DNA of 64,000 nucleotides from Hemiscyllium ocellatum (GCF_020745735.1 NC_083407.1:89209857-89273856), one strand, 5' to 3'; counted from the first letter of the stretch, positions 1 to 13,481 are shown. Program-made: numbers and translations. The notes: generated by a model from the sequence alone, not told the origin.

Positions 1-731
1 TGTCGTATCTGCTCCCAGGAGGTGCAATTCCACTCCAGGACATCCCAGGTGCCCTCCTATTTCAAGGACCACAATTTCCCCTCCCACTTTATCAACAATG
101 CTCTCCAGCATATCTCCTCCACTTCCCATACCTCCACCTTCGAACCCTGCCTCTCCAACTGCAACAAGGATAGAACCCCCATTCCTCACCTTCAACCCCA
201 CTAATCTCTAGATAAAGTGCATCATCCTCCATAATTTCTACCACCTACAGTCAGACCCCTACACTAGAGATGTGTTTCCCTCCATATCCCAATCTGTGTT
301 CTGCAGAGACCATTCCCTTGTTAGGTCCACCCCCTCCCCCACCTACCCACTCTCCACTCCTGGAACCTTCCTCCGCCACCGTAAAAGGTGTAAAACCTGC
401 ATCCACATCTCACCCTCAGCTCCGTCCGAGGCCCCAAAGGATCTTTTTATATCCAGCAGAGATTCACCTGCACATCCACCCATCTTATCTACTGCGTCTG
501 TTGCTTTCAAAGTGGTGTCCCCTGCTTTGGGGAGACAAGACACCAATTCATGGAACAATTCAGAGAACATCTCTGGGATACAGGTACCAAACAACCCCAC
601 CGCCCTGTGGCCGACCACTTCGACTTCCCCTCCCACTCAGCCAAGGGCATGCAATTCCTGTGCACCCTCCACCATCAAATGTAAGCCGCCTGACGAATGA
701 GAGAAGAATGCCTCATCTTCCACTGAGGGAC
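1..731 (+). mobile_element. Penelope-like element fragment (RT thumb to GIY-YIG endonuclease), interrupted by CR1
   Basis: Collinear with the PLE at 44513-45869 (FKDHNFP, PGTF..RKRCKTC, HFNSPSH-like motifs). Reading resumes at about 3518. Confidence 0.85.
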
Positions 732-3517
732 AGCATTACAGCTGTACTGAGAGACGGTATTCCCAGAAATACATCCAGGGAAGTTATTTGAGTTGAACTG
801 AGAAATAAGAAAGGGATGATCACCTTACTGGAATTGTATTATAGATCCCATAATTGCCAGAAGGAAATTGAGAAACAAATTTGTAAGGATGTCTCAGTTA
901 TCTGTAAGAAAAATAGAATGGTTATAGGAGGGGATTTTAGCTTTCCAAACATAGACTGGGGTTGCCATAGCGTTAAGGGTTTATGGAGTCATGGAGTCGT
1001 AAAGATGTACAGTATGGAAACAGACCCTTCAGTCCAACTCGTCCATGCCAACCGATATCCCTACCCAATCTAGTCCCACCTGCCAGCACCCAGCCCATAT
1101 TCCTCCAAACCCTTCCCATTCATATACCCATCCAGATGCCTTTCAAATATTGCAAATTGGACAAGAACTTGTGAAGTGGATACAGGAAAATGTTTTGATT
1201 CAATATGTGAATGTACCTACCAGAGAAGATGCAAAACCTTATTTCTTGGGAAATAAGATAGGGCAGATAACTGAGGTATCAGTGGGAGAGCATTTTGGGG
1301 CCAGCGCCCATAATTCTCTCAGTTTTAAAATAGTCTTGGAAAAGGATAGACCAGCTCTAAAAGTTGAAGTTCTAAATTGGAGGAAGGCTAATTTTGATGG
1401 CATTAAGCAAGAACTTTCAAAGGCTGATTGGGGGCAGATGTACACAGGTAAAGGCTGAAAAATAGGAAGCCTTTTGAAATGAGATAATGAGAATCCCAGA
1501 GAAAGTATATTCCTGTTAGGGTGAAAGAATAGGCTGATTGGTATAGGGAATGTTGGATAACTAAAGAAATTGAGGGTTTAGTTAAGAAAAAGAAGGAAAC
1601 ATATGTCAGGTATAAACAAGATAGATCGAATGAATCCTTAGAAGAATATAAAGGCAGTAGGAACAAGCTTAAGAAAGAAATTATGAGGGCAAAAAAGGGG
1701 ACATGGGATAGCTTTGTCAAATAGAGTTAAGGAGAATCCAAAGGGTTCTTACAAATACATTAAGGACCAAAGGGTAACTAGGGAGAGAAGAGGGCCCCTC
1801 AAAGATCAGCAAGGCGGCCTTTGTGTTGAACTGCAGGAGATGGGGGCAATACTAAAAGAGTATTTTACGTCAATGTTCACTGTGGAAAAGGACATATAAG
1901 ATATAGAATGTAAGAAAATAGATGGTGACATCTTGAAAAATGTCCTTATTACAATGGAGGAAGTGCTGGATGTCTTGAAACAAACAAAAGTGGATAAATC
2001 CCCAGGACCTGATCAGGTGTATACTAGGACTCTGTGAGAACCTAGGGAAGTGATTGTTGGGCCTCTTGCTGAGATATTTGTATCCTCTGTCATCACAGGT
2101 GAGGTGCCAGAAAACTGGAGGTTGTCTAATGTGGTGCGACTGTTTAAGAAAAGTGGTAAGGACAAGCCAGGGAATTATAGACTAGTGAGCCTGATATCGG
2201 TGGTGGGTAGGTTGTTTGAAGGAATCCCGAGAGACAGGATTTACATGTATTTGGAAAGGCAAGGACTGATTAGAGATCATCAACAACTTGATTGAGTTTT
2301 GTGAAGAAGTAACAAAGAGGATTGATGAGGACAGAGTAGCGGACATGATGTATATGGACTTCAGTAAGGCATTCGACAAGGTTCCCCATGGCATACTGGT
2401 GAGTAAGGTTAGATCTCATGGAATACAGGGAGAACTAGCCATTTGGATACAGCACTGGCTCAAAGGTAGAAGACAGAGGGTGGTGGTGGAGGGTTGTTTT
2501 TCAGACTGGAGGCCTATGACCAGTGGAGTGCCACAAGGACCGGTGCTAGGTCCCCTACTTTTCTTCATTTATATAAATGATTTGGATGTGAACATAGGAG
2601 GAATAGTTAGTAAGTTTGCAGATGACACCAAAATTGGAGATGTAATGCACAGAGAGGAAGGTTACTTCGGATTACAATGGGATCTTGATCAGATGGGCCA
2701 CTGGACTGAGGAGTGGCAGATGGAGTTTAATTCAGATAAATGTGAGGTGATGCACTTTAGGAAAGCAAAGGTATACACTTAATGGTAAGGTCCTAGGGAA
2801 TGTTGCTGAACAAAGATACCTTGGAGTGCAGGTTTATGGCTCCTTGAAAGTAGAGTTGCACGTAGATAGGATAGTGAAGAAGGCATTTGATATGCTTTCC
2901 TTTATTGGTCTGAATATTGAGTGCAGGAGTTTGGAGGTCATGTTGTGGCTGTACAGGACATCGTTTCAGCCACTGTTGGAATATTGCGTGAAATTCTGAT
3001 CTCCTTCCTATCGAAAGGATGTTGTGAAACTTGAAAGGGTTCAGAAAAGATTTACCAAGGATGTTGCCAGGGTTGGAGGATTTGATCTTTGGGGAGAGGT
3101 TGAACAGGCTGGGCTGATTTTCCTGGAGCATCGGAGGCTGAAAGGTGACCTTATAGAGGTTTACAAAATCATGAGGGGCATGGATAGGATAAATAGACAA
3201 AATGTCTTCCCTGGGATGAGGGAGTCCAGAACTAGAGGGCACAACTTTAGGGTGAGAGGGGAAAGATATAAAAGAGATATAAAGGGCAACGTCTTCATGC
3301 AGAGGAAGGTACGTGTATGGAATGAGCTGCTGGAGGAAGTTTTGGAGGCTAGTACAATTGCAACAATTAAGAGGCATTTGGATGGATATATGAATAGAAA
3401 GTGTTTGGAGGGATGTGGGCCAGATGCTGGCAAGTGGGCCTAGATTGGGTTGGGATATCTGGATGAGTTGGACCAAAGAGTCTGTTTCCATTCTATACAT
3501 CTCTGTGACTTTATGAC
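732..3517 (+). mobile_element. CR1-clade LINE (HER1-like), endonuclease C-terminus + RT + 3' tail, frameshifted; contains an inverted CR1 3' fragment at about 983-1155
   Basis: ORF pieces GDFSFPNIDW, PGNYRLVSLIS, YMDFSKAFDKVPH, SGVPQGPVLGP, SKFADDTK, LERVQKRF, TRGH; ends in a short-repeat tail. Confidence 0.92.
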
Positions 3518-3884
3518 CCTCTAACCACATGGAATCAATGTTGATTTCAATAGTTTCCTCATTTCCCCTCCCCCCACCTTATCCCAGATCAAACCCTCCA
3601 ACTTAGCATTGTCCTCTTGAACTGTCCTATCTGTCCATCTTCTTTCCCATCTTATCCATTGCACATACCACCCCACTAACCAATCACAATTAGCCCCCAC
3701 TTGCATCCACCTATCACCTTCCCATCTACCTTCCCCGAGCACCACCCCCACCCCCCATTTATCTCTCATCCCCCTTCCTCCTTCATTTTTCTGATGAATT
3801 GTTTATGCCCAAAACGTCGACTCTCTTGCTTCTTGGATATGCCTGACCTGTAACCTGCTTTTCCACCCCCACACTTTTCAACTG
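3518..3884 (+). mobile_element. 3' remainder of the PLE that starts at position 1, with pLTR and decayed hammerhead-like core
   Basis: Continues GTLQPHGINVDFNSF-like sequence, C-rich tract, CTGATGA...aaacgtcga near 3791-3820. Confidence 0.8.
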
Positions 3885-4293
3885 GAGCTATTTTCATGGG
3901 AGCATCAGAAGATGAGTGGTAACCTTATGGAGGTTTATAAAATCATGAGGGACATGGATAGAGTGAATAGTCAAGTCTTTTTGTCAGGATAAGAAAATCT
4001 AAAACTAGAAGGCGTAGTTTTAAAGTGAGAGGGAAATGATTTAAAAGGGGTCTAAGGGGCAGCATTTTCATGCAGAGGATGGTGTGTGCATGGAATGAGC
4101 TGCCAGATAAGGTGATGGTGGCTGGTACAGCTACAACGTTTAAAAGACATGTGGTTTAGGTATATGATTGGAAAAGGTTTAGCAGAATATTGGCCATTTG
4201 CTGGCAAATTGGACTAACTGAATGAAGAATATTTGGTCGGCACGGATGTGTTCTGTTTCCATGGTGTACATCCCTGTTATGACTTTATGACTG
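3885..4293 (+). mobile_element. CR1 3' fragment
   Basis: EVYKIMRDMDRVN and WNELP motifs; TGACTTTA-type tail. Confidence 0.85.
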
Positions 4294-4299
4294 TGACAG

Positions 4300-6311
4300 C
4301 CTTCAGGGACATGAAGAAACACCAATGATCCAAGTGTTGGCGCACTATGATCACAAGTGAGATCTGGAATTGACGTGCGGTGTTTCCCCATACAGCACCA
4401 GGATAGCATTACCAGGCAGCATATGTGGCCCAATAGGGAAGAACACCCAATAATGTATGATCCAGGAATTCAGTTAATGCAAAGTGTAAATACGCTCAGT
4501 TGGAGAAGGATGGTTTGGCAGACATTTTTGGACCCGGCCAAATTCCACCAATACCTTTATGATGAGCTTGCAACAATAAGGGACAACAAAACCCTGCAGG
4601 CTATATGAAGAGGACGAGACAGTGTCCCTCAAACCTTCAGGCCAATTTCAGCAATGGATTCTAATACTAAGTGCTTATAATTACAATGTGAAACACAATC
4701 CAAGAGGCGACTAAGCAAATTTGGATGCATTGAGCCACCTCTCACTGGCAAATACAAAACAAATGGTAGTGCCACTGGAAAAGTGTGTAATGGTTTTACA
4801 TTTTCTGGACTCACTTACAGTCACAGCTGAACAATGTCAGACTTTGGACACAAAAAAAATCCACTCTTGACAAAATTGAAACAGCTGATGGTTACCAAAG
4901 GGCCGTTACAATCAGAAGTGATAACTTTTTGAACACTGAGAGACCAGATCGCTGTGGAGAGCAAGAGTGATTGTTCTAAGCATAGGACACCATGAGATAC
5001 TGGCTGAATATCACCCTGGTCATCCAGGGGTTTCCAAAATGAAAATATCGATGAGAAGTTATAGCTCAAATCCTCAAACCCTGGCAACTGCCCCATATTA
5101 ATGAGAATGGCTAGGTAAATCCTGGACTCAGTTAAACATTGACTATGAAGACCCTATCATGGACGCAATGTTCTTAGTCATTGTGGAGAGCCACTCAAAA
5201 TAGCTGGGTGTGCATAAAGTTCATACATAAAACATGGTGACAACAATACAAATATTACACACATCTATTTCAATGCATGAACTCCTGGAAGTGATGTCAC
5301 AGATAATGGGGCATTGTTTGCCTGCAGGGGATTTGAGTTTTCCTGAAGTTGAATGGGATCTATCACATAAGGATAGCTCCATACCATCCGTCATCCAATG
5401 GTCTGGAAAAATAAGTAGTCTAACATTTGAAGGTGGGCTTAAAAAAATAGCCAACTGCTTCATTAGATATAAAACTGCTCTGGTTCCTATTTGATAATAG
5501 GACCACTCCTAAAACAAATACAGACTTCTTCATGCAGGTTAAATCTGATCTTCATGGACCTTGGGGAGGGAGGGTGAAATAGCAGCAGGAATGCCAATGA
5601 TGGACACAAGTTTCCACAAAGTGAGAGTGACAGATTACTTCAGGGATGAAGTTTGGTGTAGGAGCCATGGGAACAGCCCTGCATCGGTAAGAGCATGGTG
5701 AACGTGAGATCAGGAACAGTGATGTATAAAGTTCAGGCCAGTGCGATGGTCCTGAACAAGCATCTGAACCAATATGAAAGCTGCAAACTCGGGAAAAGTG
5801 TGGGAGCAAAACATGTCCAACTCCTCAGCAGCCTTTCCACCTGTTCTGAAACCCACGGGTTTTTCCTCGCCATCAGGTGTTGCCACCTCAGCACTTTTGC
5901 TGCCTGACAAAGAGAATGAATTTCTTCTGAGATGCTTCAGGTGCAAGAGGTGAGCTACAGTGCATTACACAGCGTATGTATCAGAGGCAGGATTGGTGGA
6001 AGCTGACCCACTGGTAAAACACCTCAGGAGAAACTATGAAATAAAGAACTAGCCGATATTCTCAGACTCAGTAGGGGGAGGGGTGAGGGGGAAGTCAGCC
6101 AGGTGGCTGTCATTGAATGTGAATTCCCTGATTGGGGCTGTTAACCTGGTCTAATCAGGGATCCCTGGCTGACAGATATAAACAGGAGAGTTAGAAGTTC
6201 AGTTCACTCTGAGAGCTGGCTCTGTGGGAGATCCATCAGTGTCAAGGACTCTCCATGTGTAAACAAAGGGCGATTTGGTGATTGGACACCAGCCTTTGTG
6301 ATGTTATTACA
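4300..6311 (+). mobile_element. Decayed Gypsy-type LTR retrotransposon: RNase H/integrase remnants, polypurine tract and 3' LTR (about 6084-6311)
   Basis: VLAHYD (about 4335), HPGHPGVSKM zinc-finger-like (about 5010), PYHPSSNGLE integrase motif (about 5379), G-rich PPT 6074-6083 followed by a TG...TTACA segment with a TATA-like box. Confidence 0.7.
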
Positions 6312-6733
6312 TTTAGAGCAGATACATTGGAGCTTTAGATCCCATAAGCTGCAAATGCCTCAAGCCTCAAGAAAGTTGGAAATAATCATCATTGAGGCAG
6401 GTCCAGCCTGGGTCTTGAACGATTTCTGTCTTATTGACTGTAGAAACTCCAAAGAACATCTGCAGTCGATGGTACTAGTAAGCCTTTGACAATGCTTCCT
6501 ACTTGACCTTGGAATTTCTTCCTTTTCAAATTACCGACTTGAATGATGATGGTGTCACCAAGATCACTGTGATCAAGTATTCTCCATGAAAACATCACTT
6601 ACCAGCACGATGTTGAACTATTTTAACGAGGACCCAATAATGAGTGAATTAGACAAGAGTGCGGTGTCATAAAGTTATTTTACTATTTTGACAAATAATT
6701 CAACAAAATAAATTCATGCATTAAAGTTGCAGA

Positions 6734-8040
6734 CTAAAAGTCCCTCATGCGCCTGAAAGATCCGATAGTTGAGCTGTAGCCTCCCCAGTCACTGTATCTC
6801 CTGTATTCACCGGGTCTCAGGAAGTACTGGCGCCCTCTGTAGTTGGGGTGTTCGTAGAAGGTCCAGTAACCGTCCATCACATGGCAGGAGTGGATGTCAC
6901 GGTAACGGAAACGATCGTAGACAGATGGACAGTCATCCATGAATTCCATCATCTGTCCTCCAAAGTCAGGCCTCTCGTAAATCCTCATTCTGTAGGAGCC
7001 TCCTCGGTACTGGAATAGAGAGAAATGAAAGATTTGTGATGCAGCTACAAATATATCGACAATCGACATGTGCAACTGGTGATATTTTGCATATGCAGAC
7101 AGAAGTATATTGATATTGGTAAAAATCTTAAAGTATGTCTGGTTGTGAGGAGACAACTGGTGCCAGTATTCCCTTTACTGTGATCATTTCAATATTTACT
7201 GTAAGATGAATGGGATGAATATAAACATGTCCAATGACGGGTTTTACTGAGTCATATTTTAGTCAATTTGACACTGTTACTTTCTGTAATGTTAATAAGG
7301 CGATTTGACTTTCAACTCTGAATATCTAACTTGTTACAAACAAATGTTTCAATTATATCCTTGGTGATCATCAGCTTTGCAACAAGCCATCAGTATATGA
7401 GGCATAACCAACTTGCCAGTTTGCTCAACTATTGGCTGATGAATATCCATACAACAAGTACAGTTACAAAGTGACAAGGGCAGTTACTAACTTTTGGCAG
7501 CGACAGAAATCAAATTGGGTTTGTGACAATCCTCTACCTGTTACCATCACTGGGGAAAGTTAAAAACAAACCTGTGAAAGTAAAGATGAAGTTTGGAGCT
7601 AATTCAGACAAACCCAAATGTGGAGTGCATTAATCATTATCTCAGTGTCAGTTTGATCAGAAAATACAAACTACCAGAAATAACTTACGTATGGGTAAGT
7701 GCGACATGACCAAATGTTGTCATTGAATCCCATCCAGCGCTGGTAGTCAGGATACTCTCCCCTGGTCAGAACATACTGGTATCCCATGTAATTGGGTTTC
7801 TCATACAGCACCCACCAGTCACTGTCAACACGGATGGAGTTACAGCGGCTGAAGTAAGGGGACAGGTCGGCACAGTCACTGCTGCACTCATAGTGCCGTC
7901 CCTGGAAGTTCCTGTCCTCGTAAAAGATGATCTGTGAGGAAAGAAACAGGTTTGTAAATTGATAGTTTCTACACTCGGCCATACCTAATGGAAACTTTAA
8001 ATATAATATATGAACTCAGAATAATCCTTGCCTTTCCCAT
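6734..8040 (-). CDS. cryg: gamma-crystallin copy 1 (shark gammaM/gammaS1-like type), intact, 175 aa; join complement(6734..7009,7689..7931,8032..8040)
   Basis: Exon1 ATGGGAAAG (MGK), exon2 243 bp [11 protein letters not shown]...SCRTYPY, exon3 276 bp [18 protein letters not shown]...RRMRDF*. Four Greek-key motifs, phase-0 introns with AG acceptors. Intron 1 donor is GC (AAG|GCAAGG), intron 2 donor GTAAGT. TATA at 8096-8103. Confidence 0.93.
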
Positions 8041-8095
8041 TTCCAGTTCAGATTTGGTTTAGTAACTGAAAATGTTAATGCTTCACAGAGCTTAG

Positions 8096-8149
8096 TATAT
8101 ATATGCTAGTCAGAAGTGCCTCACTGAGCATTTTTTTTGTTATTCAAAT
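8096..8149 (-). promoter_or_regulatory. Copy 1 proximal promoter: TATA, MARE-like TGCCTCACTGAGCA (8117-8130), Sox/octamer-like TTTTGTTATTCAAAT (8135-8149)
   Basis: Position and spacing conserved with the paralogues. Maf and SoxB1 sites are established regulators of gamma-crystallin promoters. Confidence 0.6.
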
Positions 8150-10419
8150 AATTGCAATAATTTGAAACCACCACAAAGACTGCACCACACATGACGTATA
8201 CAGTAAATGCAAAGAAAACATTTGAAAAGCACTTAAGTATTGTTGATAGTGTTTTGCTTCCATGTCATTTTAATTGTGGTGTGAAAGAATGCAACAATAC
8301 ATTGGAGCCTATTGTGTTCCCTAAACTATGCTTCCACTGCAACTTTCAGTATTATTACACATTCAAAAGGACATGTTTCCAAAAGTTCAATATTATTATA
8401 TAAGTCCATTCCCCTACTGTTTAACATTTGGACATGCCCATCTGGGAGAGGTTGCTTCAATTATTACTCTGTAGGTTGGTTTGAATTGATGTATAACTGT
8501 TAATGTGTTTTAATTCTAAGTTATTCATCCAAGACCAGGAGACTTTTAAATTTGCTACATCTATTTGAGAACTATACTATTTATAACTATGATGATGTGT
8601 TGTTTTCATACTCAAATGTACATCCTTTTGTTACCTACCTTTTTCTACTTAGTTCTGAATTACACACTAGAAAGGTAGTATTAGTTTAATGAAAGCTCAA
8701 TTCAGAGTGTGGGGACAGCAGCTTGGATTCTTTACTAGGAAACCAGTGAAGGAAAAGCTGTGGGATATCCTAAATCAAGGTCAACTATAATTTGATGTAT
8801 TTTATACCATGATCACAAATTTGGTTACCAGAACTGACATCTTTCAACTGAAAGGAAAAGGTAAACATGGAATCAATAAACCTGACTGCAAAGAATGTGG
8901 CCATTCATCCCATTATAACTGTGCTACTCTTTTAAAGAGAACCTCAAGTCATTGCACACCTCTGCTCTTTTCACATCACCCTATGATTTTCTGACCTTTT
9001 CCCGTTGTGTGCCCAATCCCCATTTGAAATTTGCAACTGAATCTCATTTTTCACCTCTTCAGCTATTACATTCCGGAGTAAAACAATGTCTCAGATCGAG
9101 TGTATTGCTGAATCCAGACAATGGAGCAGACAATCCATGAAAACTGGGAAGGATTATTAATTCAGCTTTTTCAATAGTCCAGTGACAACCATTTTCTCCA
9201 GAGTTAGCCAGCATCAGGACATTATCTATTATATCTAGGACTGGGATTCCGTGGAATTTAGTGATATGCATCTGTGAGAATTTTTCCAAATCCTTCAGTG
9301 TCTTTCTTTCACAATTGGAAGAAATTTTCTCATCAATCATTTCAGTGGTTGTATTACACATCTCTGGAGCATGGGACTTAAACATGGGCCTCCTGGTGCA
9401 GAGGTAGGAATACTTTATCACAAGGACCCTTCATACATCATGGAACTATTTATGGGCTAATTTGTTCGCAATATAGGTAGTAATGACAGATTTTTTTCAT
9501 AGTTTGCTTGGAAGCAGACTCCAATGGCACAGCGGTAGTGTCGCTGAAAACAGGAGGCCTGATCTCAAGCCTCAGTGGTGTGTCTGAACATGTTTAAAGG
9601 CTCCTTCAGTAACACCTTCTAAACCCACAATCATGACATTTAGAAGTCAAGGGCAGTAGAATCACAAGGGCACTACCATTTGCTGCTTCCCCTCCTAGCC
9701 ACTTATCATCCCATCTTAGAAATGTATTACCATTTCTTCATTGTTGCTGGATCAAAATCCTGAAACTCCATCCCAAACAGAATTGTAGGTTTACCTGCAA
9801 CACAGCAACTCCAGCAGTTCACCAAGGTAGCTTGATGCCATCTTCTCAAGGACAACCAGGGTGGGCAGTAAATGCTGGCCAAACCAGTGAAGCCCACTCA
9901 TGGAAATGAAAAAAGAAGAAAATTTGCCAAGTTGAACAATGGAGCATTGATCAGGCAGTGTTTATTTCACAGGGAATATAAACATTTTTTCATGTAACTC
10001 TCTTTTGCATGTCTTGAAGAAAAGTTAGAAACAGCTTGTGTGAGGTTTGGGAATAATATTAGAGGCAATTCCAAGAAGATTTCAAGATGAGTTTGAGAAA
10101 TGTCGAGTCAATGATGTCTGCATACTTGAGCAGTCAGGCACCAGCTTGGAGCGAAATAGGAGAGGGTATCCAGAGAGCCTGGCATTCAGCTCAAAAGAGA
10201 AGCTCATGTTGTCACTGACCAAATTCCACTTGAACAAATTTCTCTCTTTCTCACTCACTAGTTTTTCTCTTCATGTGGACCTTGACTATCAACTTCAATG
10301 ACTCCCACCAAGAACAAGGTCAGAAAGACATGGCCCAAATCTTGAGAGGTTTTAATTTTACATATTGAGTGATGAAATCAGTGGGCAAAGGTAGCCCAGA
10401 TAAGACCTGCATTGAATGT

Positions 10420-12115
10420 TTTCAAGATGATTCCTCTCTGTTGCAGGAGGGGGTGCCAGCAAGCTGGAGGACAGCTAATGTAATATCATCATTCAAAAAG
10501 GTAGTACTAAACTAGGAAACTACAGACCAGTGAGTCTAACATTAATTAGAAAGAAATTCTGAACCACAGAATTAACCTCTATTTGGAGGAATAAGGATTA
10601 ATCAAGCATAGTCAGCATGGCTTTGTCAGGGAGACACCATGCCTAACAGAGTAGATAGAATATTTTCGAGGGACTGAATAGGTGTATAGATGGGGATAGT
10701 TTGGTTGATATAGTTTGCATGTACATCAGTAAGGTCTCACGTGGAAGACTGGTTAAGAAGCTTAGAGCTCATGGGCTCCAAGATAACTTGGAAAATTAAA
10801 TCCAAAATTGGCTGAGTGCCGGGAAACAGAGAATGATGGTCGAAGGGTGTTTGTGACTGTGTCCAGTGGTGTATCACAGGCTTTGATGCTGGGTGCCTAA
10901 ATGTGTGTAGTTTGTATAAATGATATTGAAGTAAATGTAGAAGAATCATCAATAAGTTCACAGGTGACAAAAAAATTGGGAATGTGGTAAATAATTATTA
11001 GATTACTTACAGTGTGGAAACAGACCCTTCAGTCCAACAAGTCCACACCGACCCTCTAAAGTGTAACCCTAATTTACCCCTTCATCTAACACTATAGGCA
11101 ATTTAGCATGGCTAATTCACCTAACCTGCACATCTTTGGACTGTGTGCGGAAACCAGAGAAAGCCCACACAGACAGTTGCCCGAGGCAGGAATTGAACCC
11201 AGGTGCTGGTGCTGTGAGGTAGCAGTGGTAACCACCGTGCCACCATGCTGCCCTATCGACTCTGCTCGGCATGGCGTCTCCCTGACAAAGCCATGCTGAC
11301 TATCCTTGATTAACGCTTATTTCTCCAAATGGAGATTAATTCTGTGGTTCAGAATTTCTTCCTAATGATGAGGAAAATTTTGACGTACTTTTGGTGGACT
11401 AACAAAGCAAATGTGTACAATCCTAAGTACAGAGATCAGAAGGAAGTCGACGTGCATCATTGAAAATAGCAGGATAGGTGGTCAAGATACCTTTTTTAGT
11501 TAAGGCATTGAATACAAGAGCAGGGAGATTATGATGGAGCTGTATATGATGTTAGTTAGTTAGGGTACAGTGTGCAGTTCTGGTTGCCACCTGTAGGAGT
11601 GTACTTGCAGAAAAGATTCACCAGGATGTTGACTGAGCTGGAGTGATTCAACTATGAAGGGAGGTGAGATTGGCTGGGATTGTTTACCTTACAGTAGATA
11701 GATGGTGAAAGGATGTGATTGTAGTGTGCAAAGTTCTGAGGAACATAGACAGATAGACAGAAACTTTTCACCCTAGTCAATAACTAGCAGACACATTTTT
11801 GGGTAAAATGTTTCACAAGATTTGAGGAAAAATGTATTTTCCTCACTGAGAGAGTTGTGGGTATTTGGAACTAACTGCTTAAAAGATGCTGACTGTCCAA
11901 CATCTGCAGTCCTCACTTTCTCCTAGTTGCCTACAAGAGTGGTAGAGGCATGAAGCCTCAAGACATTTAAGAAGCATTTAGATGAGTACTTGTAATACCA
12001 TGATGCATAAAGCAGCAGGCCAAGTGCTTAGCATAGATGGAGGTTCGATGGCCAGCACAGACATAATGGGCTGAAGGCCTTCTTCCATGCTGTAAAAACA
12101 CTGTGACTTTATGGC
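10420..12115 (+). mobile_element. Old degenerate CR1 LINE with nested SINE
   Basis: GNYRPVSLT, KFTGD, RFTRML..L motifs and CR1-type 3' end. Confidence 0.7.
10998..11253 (-). mobile_element. HE1-like tRNA-derived V-SINE, internally deleted
   Basis: A/B-box head, partial V core, CR1-derived tail ending in (TAATC)n. Confidence 0.85.
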
Positions 12116-13286
12116 ATGTTTTGAAGCTAACCAGAGAGGAGGTTATATTAGACATGCAATTGTGTGATGAGATAGTTTTAGTTAATGATCTAATAGTAAA
12201 AGCACCCATAGATACCAACAAACAAAATACATAGAGCAAAGCTGGCTAAAATGTGATGACAAATTAAGCTAAAGGATTGGTCATTAAAGATGCAATGGGA
12301 GACATTTAAGGGGACATTTCAGAATACATAACAGATAGATTCCAACAAGTAAGAAAAATTCCAACAGACAGACTCAACATCGGAAATTAACTAGAAATGT
12401 TGAAGATAGTATCAAACTAAAAGAAAATGCATATCATTGTGCAAATTTGCAATATGTGAGGAGATTAGATGAATACGAGAAATGCAAAAAATGACCGAAA
12501 AGATTTATAGATGGGGAAAATAACAGACTATGAGAGAAAGCTAGTCAGAAATATAAAAACAGATGGTAAGCATTTCTGTTACTATTAAAGCAGTAAGAGT
12601 GAATAAGATGAACATTGATTCTCTGGAAAGTGAGAATGAAGAATTGATAGTATAAAGTAAGGAAGTGGAATATGAATAGAACAAATATTCTGTGTGAGGC
12701 TTCATTGTACAGGATAGAAATAACATTCCTGTAGCAGTAATAAATCAGGAAATAGAAGGGAGGGAGGAACTCAGGAAAATTCAATTCACCAAAGAAGTAG
12801 AAGTGGGCTGGATCTTATACTTTGTGGATACGTGTGAATTGTGTTAAGACTTTTAGAGAGATTCTCTCCCTGAGGCCTAAATAAGATTTCTTGTCTTATC
12901 TTACTAAATTAATTTCACTAATTGAAAACAAAAATTGCTGGAAATTACAACAGGTCAGGCAGCAACCATGGTGAGAGAGCAAGCTAATGTTTTGAGTCTA
13001 GGTGACTCTTCATCAAAGCTGGCATGACCCTGAGTTGCCTGACTTGACTGAGGCCAGCTGTCAACTATGATGAGCTTTCTAGCTTTATGTTTGGCAAGGC
13101 ACGACAGAAGCAATATGAACCTGATAAAGTGCAAAAAGACAAAGCACGGCAATGATGAATTGGGATACTGTGACCATCCAGGTTGGCTCTAACAGCAACC
13201 AGAGAGCTTGGAGGTACAGCTGGGTGCATTATGTGAGCTGGGACACATGCTCCTGAGTGCACAGTGTCCTCGCTCTGCATTACAAT

Positions 13287-13415
13287 GATAGTTGCTATTA
13301 CAGCCCAAGTGTTGTCTTAATTCACCAGGTTTCATGAAGTACTGCTGGCCTCTCAGCCTTGCATGTTGTTGCCCTGACATGTTTGCATCGCTACCATTAC
13401 CAGCATTGTAGGAGC
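13287..13415 (-). pseudogene. Highly decayed gamma-crystallin exon 3 remnant, probably of copy 2
   Basis: 13320-13353 matches exon 3 of copy 3 at 29/34 nt (RGQQYFMKPGE vs [11 protein letters not shown]). Short matches to both exon ends at 13287 and 13404-13415. Large internal deletion. Confidence 0.6.
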
Positions 13416-13481
13416 TAACTTCTGTCAGTGAAGAGAGTACGAGAGCATGCTGGGAGTAGCACCAGTATTCAGCAGAGAAAC

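Noticed and set aside
6734-7156. ORF-track proteins with N-terminal extensions on crystallin exons (also 7671-7982, 28126-28422, 30248-30538, 41703-42095, 52081-52434)
   Set aside because: The extensions are intron read-through. Splice acceptors and the 9-bp exon 1 define the real structure, so these are not separate single-domain genes.
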